NCBI GenBank assembly: GCA_963976765.1
Contig: CAXBME010000024.1
Span: 1 to 64,000, forward strand
From: an uncultured Planctomycetaceae bacterium
GTDB lineage: Bacteria > Planctomycetota > Planctomycetia > Planctomycetales > Planctomycetaceae
Direction of reading: 5' to 3'
DNA length: 64,000 nt
The position numbers were made by a program, and so were the translations under genes. The notes under the pieces were generated by a model. The model saw only the letters and a list, made by a program, of their open reading frames with translations, made no database searches and was not told the origin of the DNA. Below, piece after piece: positions 27,438 through 35,977 of this stretch (positions within the stretch are counted from its first letter, which is position 1; the number at the start of each line of letters is the position of its first letter).

Positions 27438-27467
27438 TTTTCGCGCCGAGCATGACCGGCGCGAAAA
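27438..27467. repeat. 11-bp stem-loop between the TolC and adaptor genes
   Basis: TTTTCGCGCCG-agcatgac-CGGCGCGAAAA. Confidence 0.65.
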
Positions 27468-27681
27468 CTCACAGCCGATAACTCTCCTGCGGGAATGGCT
27501 GAAAACAGAGCCGCGTGTTTATGCCGGAGGGCTGACACGGCCGGATTTGTTTGATAGCCTCGATGCTCCACCCGACCACCTGGAAGCCGTAAATCGCTTC
27601 TCCCACCCTACCTGCACGCATCCTCGTGTGCTCCTTCCGTCTGGACCGGCTGACTCGGTCCTCTGCCTGTGTGAGTGACTC

Positions 27682-29313
27682 ATGAAACGCATCCATCTTC
27701 GGACCGCGCGTCGTGCATCGACACATGCCGACTCTCTTAAACACAACTTCCGTCACGGTTCCACGATGACCGGAATACTGCTGGGAGTTGTCACGCTGCT
27801 GGCCGTTGGCGCGACGGCGACACAGTTTGCTTCAAACAGCCTGTCCGGTCTGTTTGCCAACTTTCTGAGTGACGAAGAGAAACTGACTTACCTGACCGCA
27901 GAAGTTGTCCGCGACAAGTTCGAGCATCGAGTGCTGGAACGTGGCGAAGTGCAGAGTTCCAGCAATGTTGAGGTTCGTTGCGAGGTCCGTTCTCGATCAT
28001 CCAACGGCGTACAGATTCTGGAAATCGCCCCCGAGGGTTCAACGGTCGAAGCAGGTCAGTTGATCGTTCGACTTGATGACGCGCAGCTGCAGCAGGAATT
28101 GATTCAGCAACAGATCATCGTCAGCACCAGCCAGTCTCAGGCCATCGAGGCGACGGCCGCAGTTGATGCCGCTCGGTTGGGCCTGAAGGAGTACGAACAG
28201 GGCTCGTACCTTGAACAGGAAGAGCAGCAGGAGAGTGAAGTTTTCGTTTCTCAGGAAAATATGCGACGAGCCGAAGAGTACCTTGCCTACAGCAAGCGAC
28301 TGGCCGACCGCGGTTACATTCCGGAAGCTCAGTTGGAAGCGGACGAGTTCGCCGTCGAAAAGGCCCGTAAAGATCTGGGCGTTTCGCAGACTAAGCTCCG
28401 AGTGCTGCGTGATTTTACGAAGACCAAAGTGCTGACCCAGATGAAGGCCGATCTGGCCACGGCAGAAGCACGCCTGAAGTCGCGATTGAAGACGCTCGAA
28501 CTGGACGAACTGCGACTCGCCGAAATTGAAGACCAGATCAGGAAGTGTCGAATCGTCTCACCGGTTGCCGGAGAAATTGTTCACGCCAACGATCAGGAGC
28601 GACGGGGTTCCTCAGGGGACCTGCTCGTTGCCGAAGGTCGTCCGGTTCGCGAACGACAGGTCATCATCCGCATTCCCGACGACAGCAAAATGCGCGTCGT
28701 CGCGAAGGTTCACGAGTCACGTATTGGCTTCGTGCAGCCGGGCCTGAGGGCAGACATCATTCTCGAATCCATGCCCGACCTGAAACTGGCCGGTCACGTC
28801 GTCGGAGTGGGCGAATATCCAATCCCCAGCTACAGCGTCTACATGGCTCACATCAAGGAGTACGCAGTTGACATCGACATCGAAAATCCGCCGGAAGGTC
28901 TGCGGCCCGGCATGACCGCTCAGGTCGATGTCCTGGCCGAGCGAATTGACAGTGCGATTCAGATTCCAAACCAGGCAGTGATCGGTCGCAACGGTCGTTT
29001 TTTCTGCGCGGTCCCCGACTCCAACGGCTCGCTGTCGACTCGCGAGATCACGGTCGGATCATCCAACGAAGACACCATCGTTGTTCTGGATGGACTTGAA
29101 CCTGGCGAGGCCGTCGTGCTGCAGCCCAACACCGAAAAGATTCTGAAGGTGCTCGATCTGCCGGAGAATGCGGGAGCTCAAACAGAATCAACGGACGAAG
29201 AAATGTCTGTTCCGGCACCGACGATTGCCCCGGAATCGCCCGACCAGAAATCGGCGAAGAAAAAAGGCATGGCTAAAGGAAAGGCCAGCAGCACACGCAG
29301 CACTCAGTCATGA
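27682..29313 (+). CDS. Efflux periplasmic adaptor (MacA/HlyD family)
   Basis: N-terminal TM, lipoyl halves (PEGSTVEAGQLIVRLD; IVSPVAG), coiled coil, LRPGMTA, GLEPGE. Confidence 0.9.
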   Translation: MKRIHLRTARRASTHADSLKHNFRHGSTMTGILLGVVTLLAVGATATQFASNSLSGLFANFLSDEEKLTYLTAEVVRDKFEHRVLERGEVQSSSNVEVRCEVRSRSSNGVQILEIAPEGSTVEAGQLIVRLDDAQLQQELIQQQIIVSTSQSQAIEATAAVDAARLGLKEYEQGSYLEQEEQQESEVFVSQENMRRAEEYLAYSKRLADRGYIPEAQLEADEFAVEKARKDLGVSQTKLRVLRDFTKTKVLTQMKADLATAEARLKSRLKTLELDELRLAEIEDQIRKCRIVSPVAGEIVHANDQERRGSSGDLLVAEGRPVRERQVIIRIPDDSKMRVVAKVHESRIGFVQPGLRADIILESMPDLKLAGHVVGVGEYPIPSYSVYMAHIKEYAVDIDIENPPEGLRPGMTAQVDVLAERIDSAIQIPNQAVIGRNGRFFCAVPDSNGSLSTREITVGSSNEDTIVVLDGLEPGEAVVLQPNTEKILKVLDLPENAGAQTESTDEEMSVPAPTIAPESPDQKSAKKKGMAKGKASSTRSTQS

Positions 29314-31457
29314 GTACCGTGTCCGTTGCCCGACCCGACACGCTTGAGCCCGCAGGTTCAGATTCGCCTGCCGGATCCGCGCTCCTGATTCGAGACCTGT
29401 GCAAGGACTACGAACTCGGCAGTGAAACCGTGCGAGTGTTGCAGGGTATCAATCTGGATGTCCCGGTCGGCGATTATGTCGCGATCATGGGGCCGTCCGG
29501 TTCCGGCAAGAGCACGCTGCTCAACCTGCTGGGCTGCCTCGATCGACCGACCTCCGGAGAGTATCACCTCGGTGGTCAGAACGTCGCGACGCTCAGTGAC
29601 GATCAACTGTCTGCGATTCGCGCTCGCAGCATTGGCTTCGTGTTTCAGGCCTACAACCTGATTCAACAGCTGACCGTGCTGGAGAACATCGAAGTGCCAC
29701 TCGCGTACCAGGGCGGCGTTTCTGAGGAAGATCGCGACCGCTGCCGCGCACTGGCTGACGAAGTCGGACTGGGCAACCGACTGGGACATCGCCCCAACGA
29801 GCTTTCCGGCGGTCAGCAGCAGCGAGCCGGCATCGCGCGAAGTCTGTCGAACCGACCGCAATTCATTCTCGCCGACGAAGCGACCGGCAACCTGGACACT
29901 GCCACGACCAACGAAATCCTCGACCTGTTCGACCGACTGAACAACGACGGGGCGACGATCGTGATGGTGACTCACGAGGAAGAAGTTGCCGCGCGTGCGC
30001 GACGAATCGTCCGTCTGCGCGACGGCGTGATCGAGAAGGACGAAGTTCTGCGTCCGGTGTCGAAAGCTTCCGTAATCACTGCCCGGAAAGACACATCCAC
30101 GACGAACGAACACCACAAGCGGCGATCTCGAAAGCGACCGTCACGAGTGGCGATGCTGCTGCGTGACCTGCGTGTCGGACTCAAGAGTCTGCTGCTGCAC
30201 CCGTTGCGTTCTCTTCTGACGGTGCTCGGCATTTTTATCGGCGTTGCCAGCGTGATCTGGCTGCTGGCGATTGGTCAGGGGATCGCCGGTAAGGCTCAGG
30301 AGCAGATCGAGGAACTCGGTGCCAACAACATCATCCTCACGACATCGCGACCGCCAAGTGAGCAGTTGCGGGAACGTAAGATTTATTATTACGGGCTGAC
30401 GGACGAAGACTGCCGACATCTGGAAGCAACGATCCCGTCAATCGAAATGGCCATTCCATTCTGCCGCCGCACGGGACAGGAACTGGGGTATCGAGGGCGT
30501 CTGGCTCGAACCGAAATCAACGCGTGCACTCCCGAGTACCTTGAGCTGTATTCACTGGAAGTTTCGCGTGGACGATTCCTCGACGACCATGACAACGAGA
30601 CGTCAGAGATGGTCTGCGTACTCACTCAGGAACTGGCGAACGAACTGTTTCGGCACGAGGATCCGCTTCAAAAGACGGTCCGCATCTACCGTGATTTCTT
30701 CCGCGTCGTCGGCGTCGTCGCGGCGAGAACAGAACTGGAAAGCGTCAAAGGGGCCAGCCGCAGCCAGGATTTTTCGGACAATGTCTATATCCCCATCGAA
30801 ACGTTCTGGCAGCGATTCGGTGACGCATACTCGGTCGGAAATAACGGCGGCCGTGGCGTCTCGCAGATCACTCTGCGTTTGAAAGACCAGGACGACGCCA
30901 TTGCCACTGGCGAAGCGGTCACCGAGGCACTGCGGCAGACGCACCAGTTCGAAGATTACACCGTCGGTGTGCCGCTGGAACTGCTGGAGCAGGCACGCAA
31001 TTCGCGGCTGATGTTTATGGGAATGATGGGGCTGATTGCTGGCATTTCACTGATCGTCGGGGGGATCGGAATCATGAACATCATGCTGGCAACCGTCACG
31101 GAACGAACTCGCGAGATCGGTATCCGCCGCGCTCTGGGAGCCCGACGTCGAGACATCACGCGACAGTTCGTGATCGAGACCGTTCTGTTGTCCGTCGCGG
31201 GCGGCATCACGGGAATTCTGGGTGGCCTGACCTGTGGCCGGATGGTCAATGCGCTGCGCTGGGGCCTGACAGAGCTGGCGCCAGAGATGATGGAGTCGAT
31301 GCCCGAGTCCATCAAAGCCGTCGACCCGATCGTCCTGCCGTGGTCAATTCCGCTGGCGTTCGGAATCTCGGTTTTCGTCGGCGTCGTCTTCGGCCTCTAC
31401 CCGGCCCGCCGCGCCGCAACAATGAGCCCGATCGACGCCCTCCGCCACGTCGCCTGA
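29310..31457 (+). CDS. macB: MacB-like ABC transporter (fused ATPase and permease)
   Basis: GPSGSGKST, LSGGQQQR, LADEATGNLD, VTHE; GGIGIMNIMLATVTERTREIGIRRALGA; GLYPA; ATGA overlap with the adaptor gene. Confidence 0.92.
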   Translation: MSTVSVARPDTLEPAGSDSPAGSALLIRDLCKDYELGSETVRVLQGINLDVPVGDYVAIMGPSGSGKSTLLNLLGCLDRPTSGEYHLGGQNVATLSDDQLSAIRARSIGFVFQAYNLIQQLTVLENIEVPLAYQGGVSEEDRDRCRALADEVGLGNRLGHRPNELSGGQQQRAGIARSLSNRPQFILADEATGNLDTATTNEILDLFDRLNNDGATIVMVTHEEEVAARARRIVRLRDGVIEKDEVLRPVSKASVITARKDTSTTNEHHKRRSRKRPSRVAMLLRDLRVGLKSLLLHPLRSLLTVLGIFIGVASVIWLLAIGQGIAGKAQEQIEELGANNIILTTSRPPSEQLRERKIYYYGLTDEDCRHLEATIPSIEMAIPFCRRTGQELGYRGRLARTEINACTPEYLELYSLEVSRGRFLDDHDNETSEMVCVLTQELANELFRHEDPLQKTVRIYRDFFRVVGVVAARTELESVKGASRSQDFSDNVYIPIETFWQRFGDAYSVGNNGGRGVSQITLRLKDQDDAIATGEAVTEALRQTHQFEDYTVGVPLELLEQARNSRLMFMGMMGLIAGISLIVGGIGIMNIMLATVTERTREIGIRRALGARRRDITRQFVIETVLLSVAGGITGILGGLTCGRMVNALRWGLTELAPEMMESMPESIKAVDPIVLPWSIPLAFGISVFVGVVFGLYPARRAATMSPIDALRHVA

Positions 31458-31615
31458 TCAAGTCGCGAGACAATATTCAGAGCCGAACAACGTTGAGACC
31501 TGATCCACGTTCATGATTTCTGTGCAGGAACTGGTACCCGAAACCGCCATTGCTTCCTTCGTGGCCCTCGTGCAGAACTCTGAAAACCGATTCTGAAAGT
31601 GCTCTGGAAAGTCTC

Positions 31616-34600
31616 TTACGATGGACTGCTGGCCGCGTTGCGGATCTTTCTGGCGATCTCGACCAGTGCCGCGTCCTGCTCGGCTTCGGGCAGTGACTTG
31701 AGTGGTGTCGCGGGATCGATCGCGGACTGGTACTCGGCGATCTCCGTTTCTTCGTAGAGGCATGCTCCGATCGGCACCCACACGACCGTCAGCCCCTCGT
31801 TCTCGGCGGCGGCCAGAATCGGCGGGATCTCTTTGTCAGCGATGAAGTCCGACGCCAGAAAGTTGCGGCTCACCAGCAGCACGGCGACTTGGGCTCGGGC
31901 GAGTGCCTTTGTGATTTCGGTCTTCCACTTCGCGCCGGTTTTGATCCGGGTATCCGCCCAGACGTCGATCGTCTGTTTCCGCAACAGCGGCTTGAGCGTG
32001 TCGTGCAGTTTGTCGAGCCACTCCTTATCGCGATGGCTGTAGCTGATGAAAACCTGATCGCGCATGGCTTGTGTCCCTGATGAATCTGTTGTGGTGATCT
32101 CTGCGGCGTTGATCACAGCCGACTCCTGGGATGTTGTTTCTTCAGTCTTTGCAGGTTGGATGGGGTAGCGGGTCAGGATGCCGACTTCGAGGTCGGTGTG
32201 GATGCGGTGGGTTTCGGCGGCCTTGTAGTTGTATTCTTTGCCGTTGAGTTTGAAGTTCTGGTCGTCGCGTTCTGGTTCCGGATCGTGGAGTGGTTGCCAG
32301 AGTTCGAGGGCTTCGGTGAGATTGCCCACTGCCTGCGCCCGCAAGTTGACAGCCGCGGCAAAACCATCACTTTGGCGAAACATCGTAAGTGTCGTTCTGA
32401 AGTGATCGATCAACGCAGTACATCGCTGCAACTCTTTGTCGACGTTGGTTCGGTCAATTCGCTGGTCGAAGAAGATTTTCAATTCCTTGAGTGCTTTATC
32501 AATGTCCTCAGGAAGCCGTGACTCCAGCTGCTGGACGAGTTGTTGAATCGAGGCTCTCGCTTTTTCTGGCCGCCCATCGATCATTTTCTGAAGCGTGGCA
32601 TTGGGGTATTTGAAAGCAGGTTTTGCTTCTGTCGCCTCGCGAAGCTCATCACAAACCACATCCAGATCACGCAGGAACTGATCAACTGTTGTGACTACGA
32701 ATTCTGGATCGGTGGTTGATCCACATTCCTGAGCGGCTTGGAGAAGCAGTGCTTCGGCTCGGAGTTGGAGGGCTTCGGGGACGGGCCAGGCGTAGCCGCA
32801 GTTGGGGTCGAGGGCGGCGAGGAGTTCGGGTTCTCCGGTCTCGGCGTTCTTCGGGCGGGTTTCGTCCAGAGCGGTGCGGAGCGCGGCGAGGGCCTCGGAC
32901 GGCTTTCCTTGCAGCAGCCTCAGCCGGGCGAGTTCGACGTGCAGGTCGATATGGTAGAGGCTGAAGCCGCAGGCCTGGGCGATCTTCAGGCCTGCATCGA
33001 TCGCTGTCTGTGCGGCGGAGAATTGGCGATGTGTGCCACTGGCTTTGCCAGTGTTTTCGGTCTTTGTCAAATCAGTCGGTGAGTTCGCGAGTTGCTGGCC
33101 ACCGTTGCTGTCAGGCACTGGCAGAGCCAGTGGCACACCGGTATCGATCGAGGATTGTGCGGCGTCCAGTGCCCACCCTGCTTGCTTGTATTTGGCGAGT
33201 TCGATGCGGGCCTGGACGAGAGCGGACCAGCAGAGCACTTGTTTGGCGTCGCGGGCCAGCGCCCAGTCTCGAGCCGCGTGACACTGCCGCTCCGCCGCAG
33301 ACACGTCGCCCGAGTCGAGCTGCAGCGACGCGAGGATGAGCCGGCATTGCGGAACGTCGGGATCAGCGTCTCCTGCGCCGAATACTTGCAAACAAATCTC
33401 CTGATTCGCCTCGGTCAGTCGCTGCGATTCTTTGCGGCGGCCCAGGCGGGCGAGCAGGTCGGTGTGCCGGATGCCGCGACCGCTGTAGAGCGGTCGCTCA
33501 TCGTCGCCTTCGTCTTTGTGCTGCCAGTCGAGGGCTGTGTGAAAGTCGGACAGGGCGGCCGGAACCTCGCCCAGCAACGCGCGGGCGTGGCCGCGAGACG
33601 CGTACGAGTTCTGCCGCTCTTGCGCGTCGTCGGCGAGTTCGGCCAGCCGGAGCGATTCAGGGAAGGATGAAGAGAGAAGGGTGACTGGTGACGTTGTTTC
33701 ACGCTTGTCACTTCCCTCTTCACCCTTCTCAAGCAGCCGACCGGACAGCAGCCGGACGTCGCACAGGTTCTGGTTGGTGATCGTCGAGTTCTTCCAATCT
33801 TCCCGTTGCATCTCAACTTCGAGATGAAGTTCATGACAGTGTGCGGCGGCTTCGAGGCGGCCGAGTTGGCTCAGATACAGAGCCCACTCGTTGAGGAAAA
33901 TCGCCTGCGTGGATTCGGGCAGGGCCTCGAACGGGGAGGGCGAAGCTCCTGCTGAGCCGCTGTGATCACGTTGATCGGCTTGGTGGGAACCTCGCGGTCC
34001 CGCCTGGACGGCTGCATCTGTGAGGTTGGAGGGAATCGATTCAGGTGGCTGGCCACCCGCAATCGCCCGGCAGAGCCGCTCACCTCGCTCATACGCGCCC
34101 AGACGCCACAGCAGATTTCGCCCGCCGCCGATCCGGTTCCAGTAGACGTCCCAGGCTTCCTGGACGTGGCCGGACTGGAGCGTGTGGTGGACGATTTCTT
34201 CCAGAAGGTCGAGTATCGCGGGAGCGGACGGATTCTCGCCCGGTGAGTCGCCCAGAGCGGCGGTCAGGCCGGCTCGTGCGGCCTCGTGGCCGGCGGTGCG
34301 GTCGCGCTCGGCGATGCCCGACAGGAAGCCGTCCCGCACGGCGGGGTGGATGGTGAATGTAGGGCCGTTTCCTACCGGCCGATCGGTCGCGTTATCGTCT
34401 TGGTCGGTGGGAACCGGCCCTACTTCGACCAGTTTCATCGCGGTCAGGCGGTCGAGCGTTTGCTGGAGCTGATCGGCGGTCAGGGCGGCGAGGGCCGGGC
34501 CGGCGACGTTGAGGGTCTGCTCATCGTCGCCTGTGAAGATGCTGGTCAGCGTGGCCGCGTCCACTCCCAGATGGAACAGGCACAGCCGCTGCAGCAACGC

Positions 34601-35557
34601 CAGCGTCGCCGGTTCCTGCTCGCTCAGCGTTTCCTGATACCGCTCGGCCACGCGCGCGAAGCGGCGCTCCTGTTCGATCACCGCCTTGCGACGCGGATGC
34701 AGGCGGATGTCGATGTCCGACAGATCGATCTCGCCCAGCGGCTTCAGCTTCGAGACGTCGCCGTCGCAGAACTCGCCGATGTAGCCGCCGATCAGGTCCA
34801 CCGTCAGCGCGTGGCAGCCGTGATCGATGGCCAGGCGTTTGAGCAGCTTGTCATCCGGCTCTTTCACGCCGCGAGCCTGCAGCAGGTTCACGCAGGTTTC
34901 GACCGCGAGGCTTTCGACAAACGTCCGCCAGTAGTACGGCACGCCTTCGGCTGCCGGGTCGTAGAGGTCGAAGCGTGTGGTCACGACGACGGCCAGGCGT
35001 CCGAAGCGACCTTCCGCGATGTCAAGCAGCAGGTTCCGCAACCGGCCGTCGAGAATGTGCCCGTACATGCCGGATCGCCGCCCGTCGTCCTGCACTTTTT
35101 CGAGGCCGTCGAGCACCAGCAGCTTGCGCTCTCGCCGGCGGGCGAGGTTCTCCAGCCACTGGGTGAAGTGTGCCAGCGAAATCTTTTCGCCGCCGTCTGC
35201 GGCCAGTGCGGCGGGTCGGCAGTCGCTGGCGACGCGGCTTAGCCAGCCGGCGAGTTCCACAAAAAAGCTGTCTTCGTTGGGGACGTCGTAGAACGAGAAG
35301 ATGAACGGATCGACGGTGGCCGGCAGCCCGGAACGCCGCGGCGGAGCCTGCATCGGATCAAGCGGGTCTGCCGAGCCGCCGGGAACAATCTGCAGGAAGC
35401 GATCAATCGTGGCCGTCTTGCCCGCTCCACCAATCCCAACCAGCGCGACCAGCCCACCGCCAATGTCCCGCCACCAGTCGCAAAGATGCTCCAGCTCCGG
35501 CCGATCCTGCCAGTCCCGAGCCCGCAGCAGGTGGTGTAGACGGTCGTCGCGGGACAT
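31616..35557 (-). CDS. NLR-like STAND NTPase with TPR-like helical repeats and a C-terminal TIR domain
   Basis: Walker A VALVGIGGAGKT, Walker B LLVLDGLE, sensor-1 VVVTTR, GCHAL, winged-helix FTIHPAVR; TPR-like helices; TIR VFISYSHRD...W.D..I..G..W..EI...VLLVSRNFLASDFIADKE. Confidence 0.9.
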   Translation of the reverse strand: MSRDDRLHHLLRARDWQDRPELEHLCDWWRDIGGGLVALVGIGGAGKTATIDRFLQIVPGGSADPLDPMQAPPRRSGLPATVDPFIFSFYDVPNEDSFFVELAGWLSRVASDCRPAALAADGGEKISLAHFTQWLENLARRRERKLLVLDGLEKVQDDGRRSGMYGHILDGRLRNLLLDIAEGRFGRLAVVVTTRFDLYDPAAEGVPYYWRTFVESLAVETCVNLLQARGVKEPDDKLLKRLAIDHGCHALTVDLIGGYIGEFCDGDVSKLKPLGEIDLSDIDIRLHPRRKAVIEQERRFARVAERYQETLSEQEPATLALLQRLCLFHLGVDAATLTSIFTGDDEQTLNVAGPALAALTADQLQQTLDRLTAMKLVEVGPVPTDQDDNATDRPVGNGPTFTIHPAVRDGFLSGIAERDRTAGHEAARAGLTAALGDSPGENPSAPAILDLLEEIVHHTLQSGHVQEAWDVYWNRIGGGRNLLWRLGAYERGERLCRAIAGGQPPESIPSNLTDAAVQAGPRGSHQADQRDHSGSAGASPSPFEALPESTQAIFLNEWALYLSQLGRLEAAAHCHELHLEVEMQREDWKNSTITNQNLCDVRLLSGRLLEKGEEGSDKRETTSPVTLLSSSFPESLRLAELADDAQERQNSYASRGHARALLGEVPAALSDFHTALDWQHKDEGDDERPLYSGRGIRHTDLLARLGRRKESQRLTEANQEICLQVFGAGDADPDVPQCRLILASLQLDSGDVSAAERQCHAARDWALARDAKQVLCWSALVQARIELAKYKQAGWALDAAQSSIDTGVPLALPVPDSNGGQQLANSPTDLTKTENTGKASGTHRQFSAAQTAIDAGLKIAQACGFSLYHIDLHVELARLRLLQGKPSEALAALRTALDETRPKNAETGEPELLAALDPNCGYAWPVPEALQLRAEALLLQAAQECGSTTDPEFVVTTVDQFLRDLDVVCDELREATEAKPAFKYPNATLQKMIDGRPEKARASIQQLVQQLESRLPEDIDKALKELKIFFDQRIDRTNVDKELQRCTALIDHFRTTLTMFRQSDGFAAAVNLRAQAVGNLTEALELWQPLHDPEPERDDQNFKLNGKEYNYKAAETHRIHTDLEVGILTRYPIQPAKTEETTSQESAVINAAEITTTDSSGTQAMRDQVFISYSHRDKEWLDKLHDTLKPLLRKQTIDVWADTRIKTGAKWKTEITKALARAQVAVLLVSRNFLASDFIADKEIPPILAAAENEGLTVVWVPIGACLYEETEIAEYQSAIDPATPLKSLPEAEQDAALVEIARKIRNAASSPS
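33031..33138. repeat. Palindromic element (CACTGGC-type) inside the STAND gene
   Basis: GTGTGCCACTGGCTTTGCCAGTG ... CACTGGCAGAGCCAGTGGCACAC; 22/23 complementary; 108 nt; read as VPLALPV...TGKASGTH. Confidence 0.9.
33661..33730. repeat. Degenerate heptamer-periodic inverted repeat inside the STAND gene
   Basis: Purine arm GAAGGAT-GAAGAGA-GAAGGGT-GAC facing pyrimidine arm GTCAC-TTCCCTC-TTCACCC-TTC; read as EKGEEGSDKRE...SPVTLLSSSF. Confidence 0.6.
33934..34001. repeat. Degenerate palindromic element (GSAGASPS-encoding type) inside the STAND gene
   Basis: GGGAGGGCGAAGCTCCTGCTGAGCCG ... CGGCTTGGTGGGAACCTCGCGGTCCC; 26-nt arms, the second one decayed. Confidence 0.7.
34359..34423. repeat. GTAG-type REP doublet (REPIN-like) inside the STAND gene
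   Basis: GTAGGGCCGTTTCCTACCGGCC ... GGTCGGTGGGAACCGGCCCTAC; 19/22 complementary; GTAG/CTAC ends; read as VGPVPTD...RPVGNGPT. Confidence 0.88.
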
Positions 35558-35977
35558 AGGCGTTCGTCACGGGAGGCTGAGCGATCGCGGCAGTTCCGTT
35601 GCAGGCGTCGCCTGTCCGTGTCCTCGGTACTGCCAGTCAGGACACCAGTATGCCTGCCAATAAAGAAGACAACAAACCAGCTCGTTCGGCAGCGGCAGGC
35701 AGGGCAATCTGTCTCAGGTCACAGCCCGTCGCAGACAGCCTCGTCGGTGATTTCTGATTCACCCGCGTGGGGACGTTGAAACGCGATATTGACGGCTTTT
35801 TTCCAGCCGCCGTACGATCCCGCTCTCGAAGTCGGCGTCGTCTGAATGGTGATGCGGCTTCTGATTGTTTGCGTCAGAACTGGTCAAAATAGGCCGCGGC
35901 GGCCAGCTGTGACCGTCAGTTTTCCGTCGCCGTGAACTGGTGTCTGAACTCGCACGAAGGGATTCGACAGAGTCAGC

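Noticed and set aside
31458..35977. IS or prophage boundaries around the STAND-TIR gene
   Set aside because: No transposase, integrase, terminal inverted repeats or target-site duplication visible.
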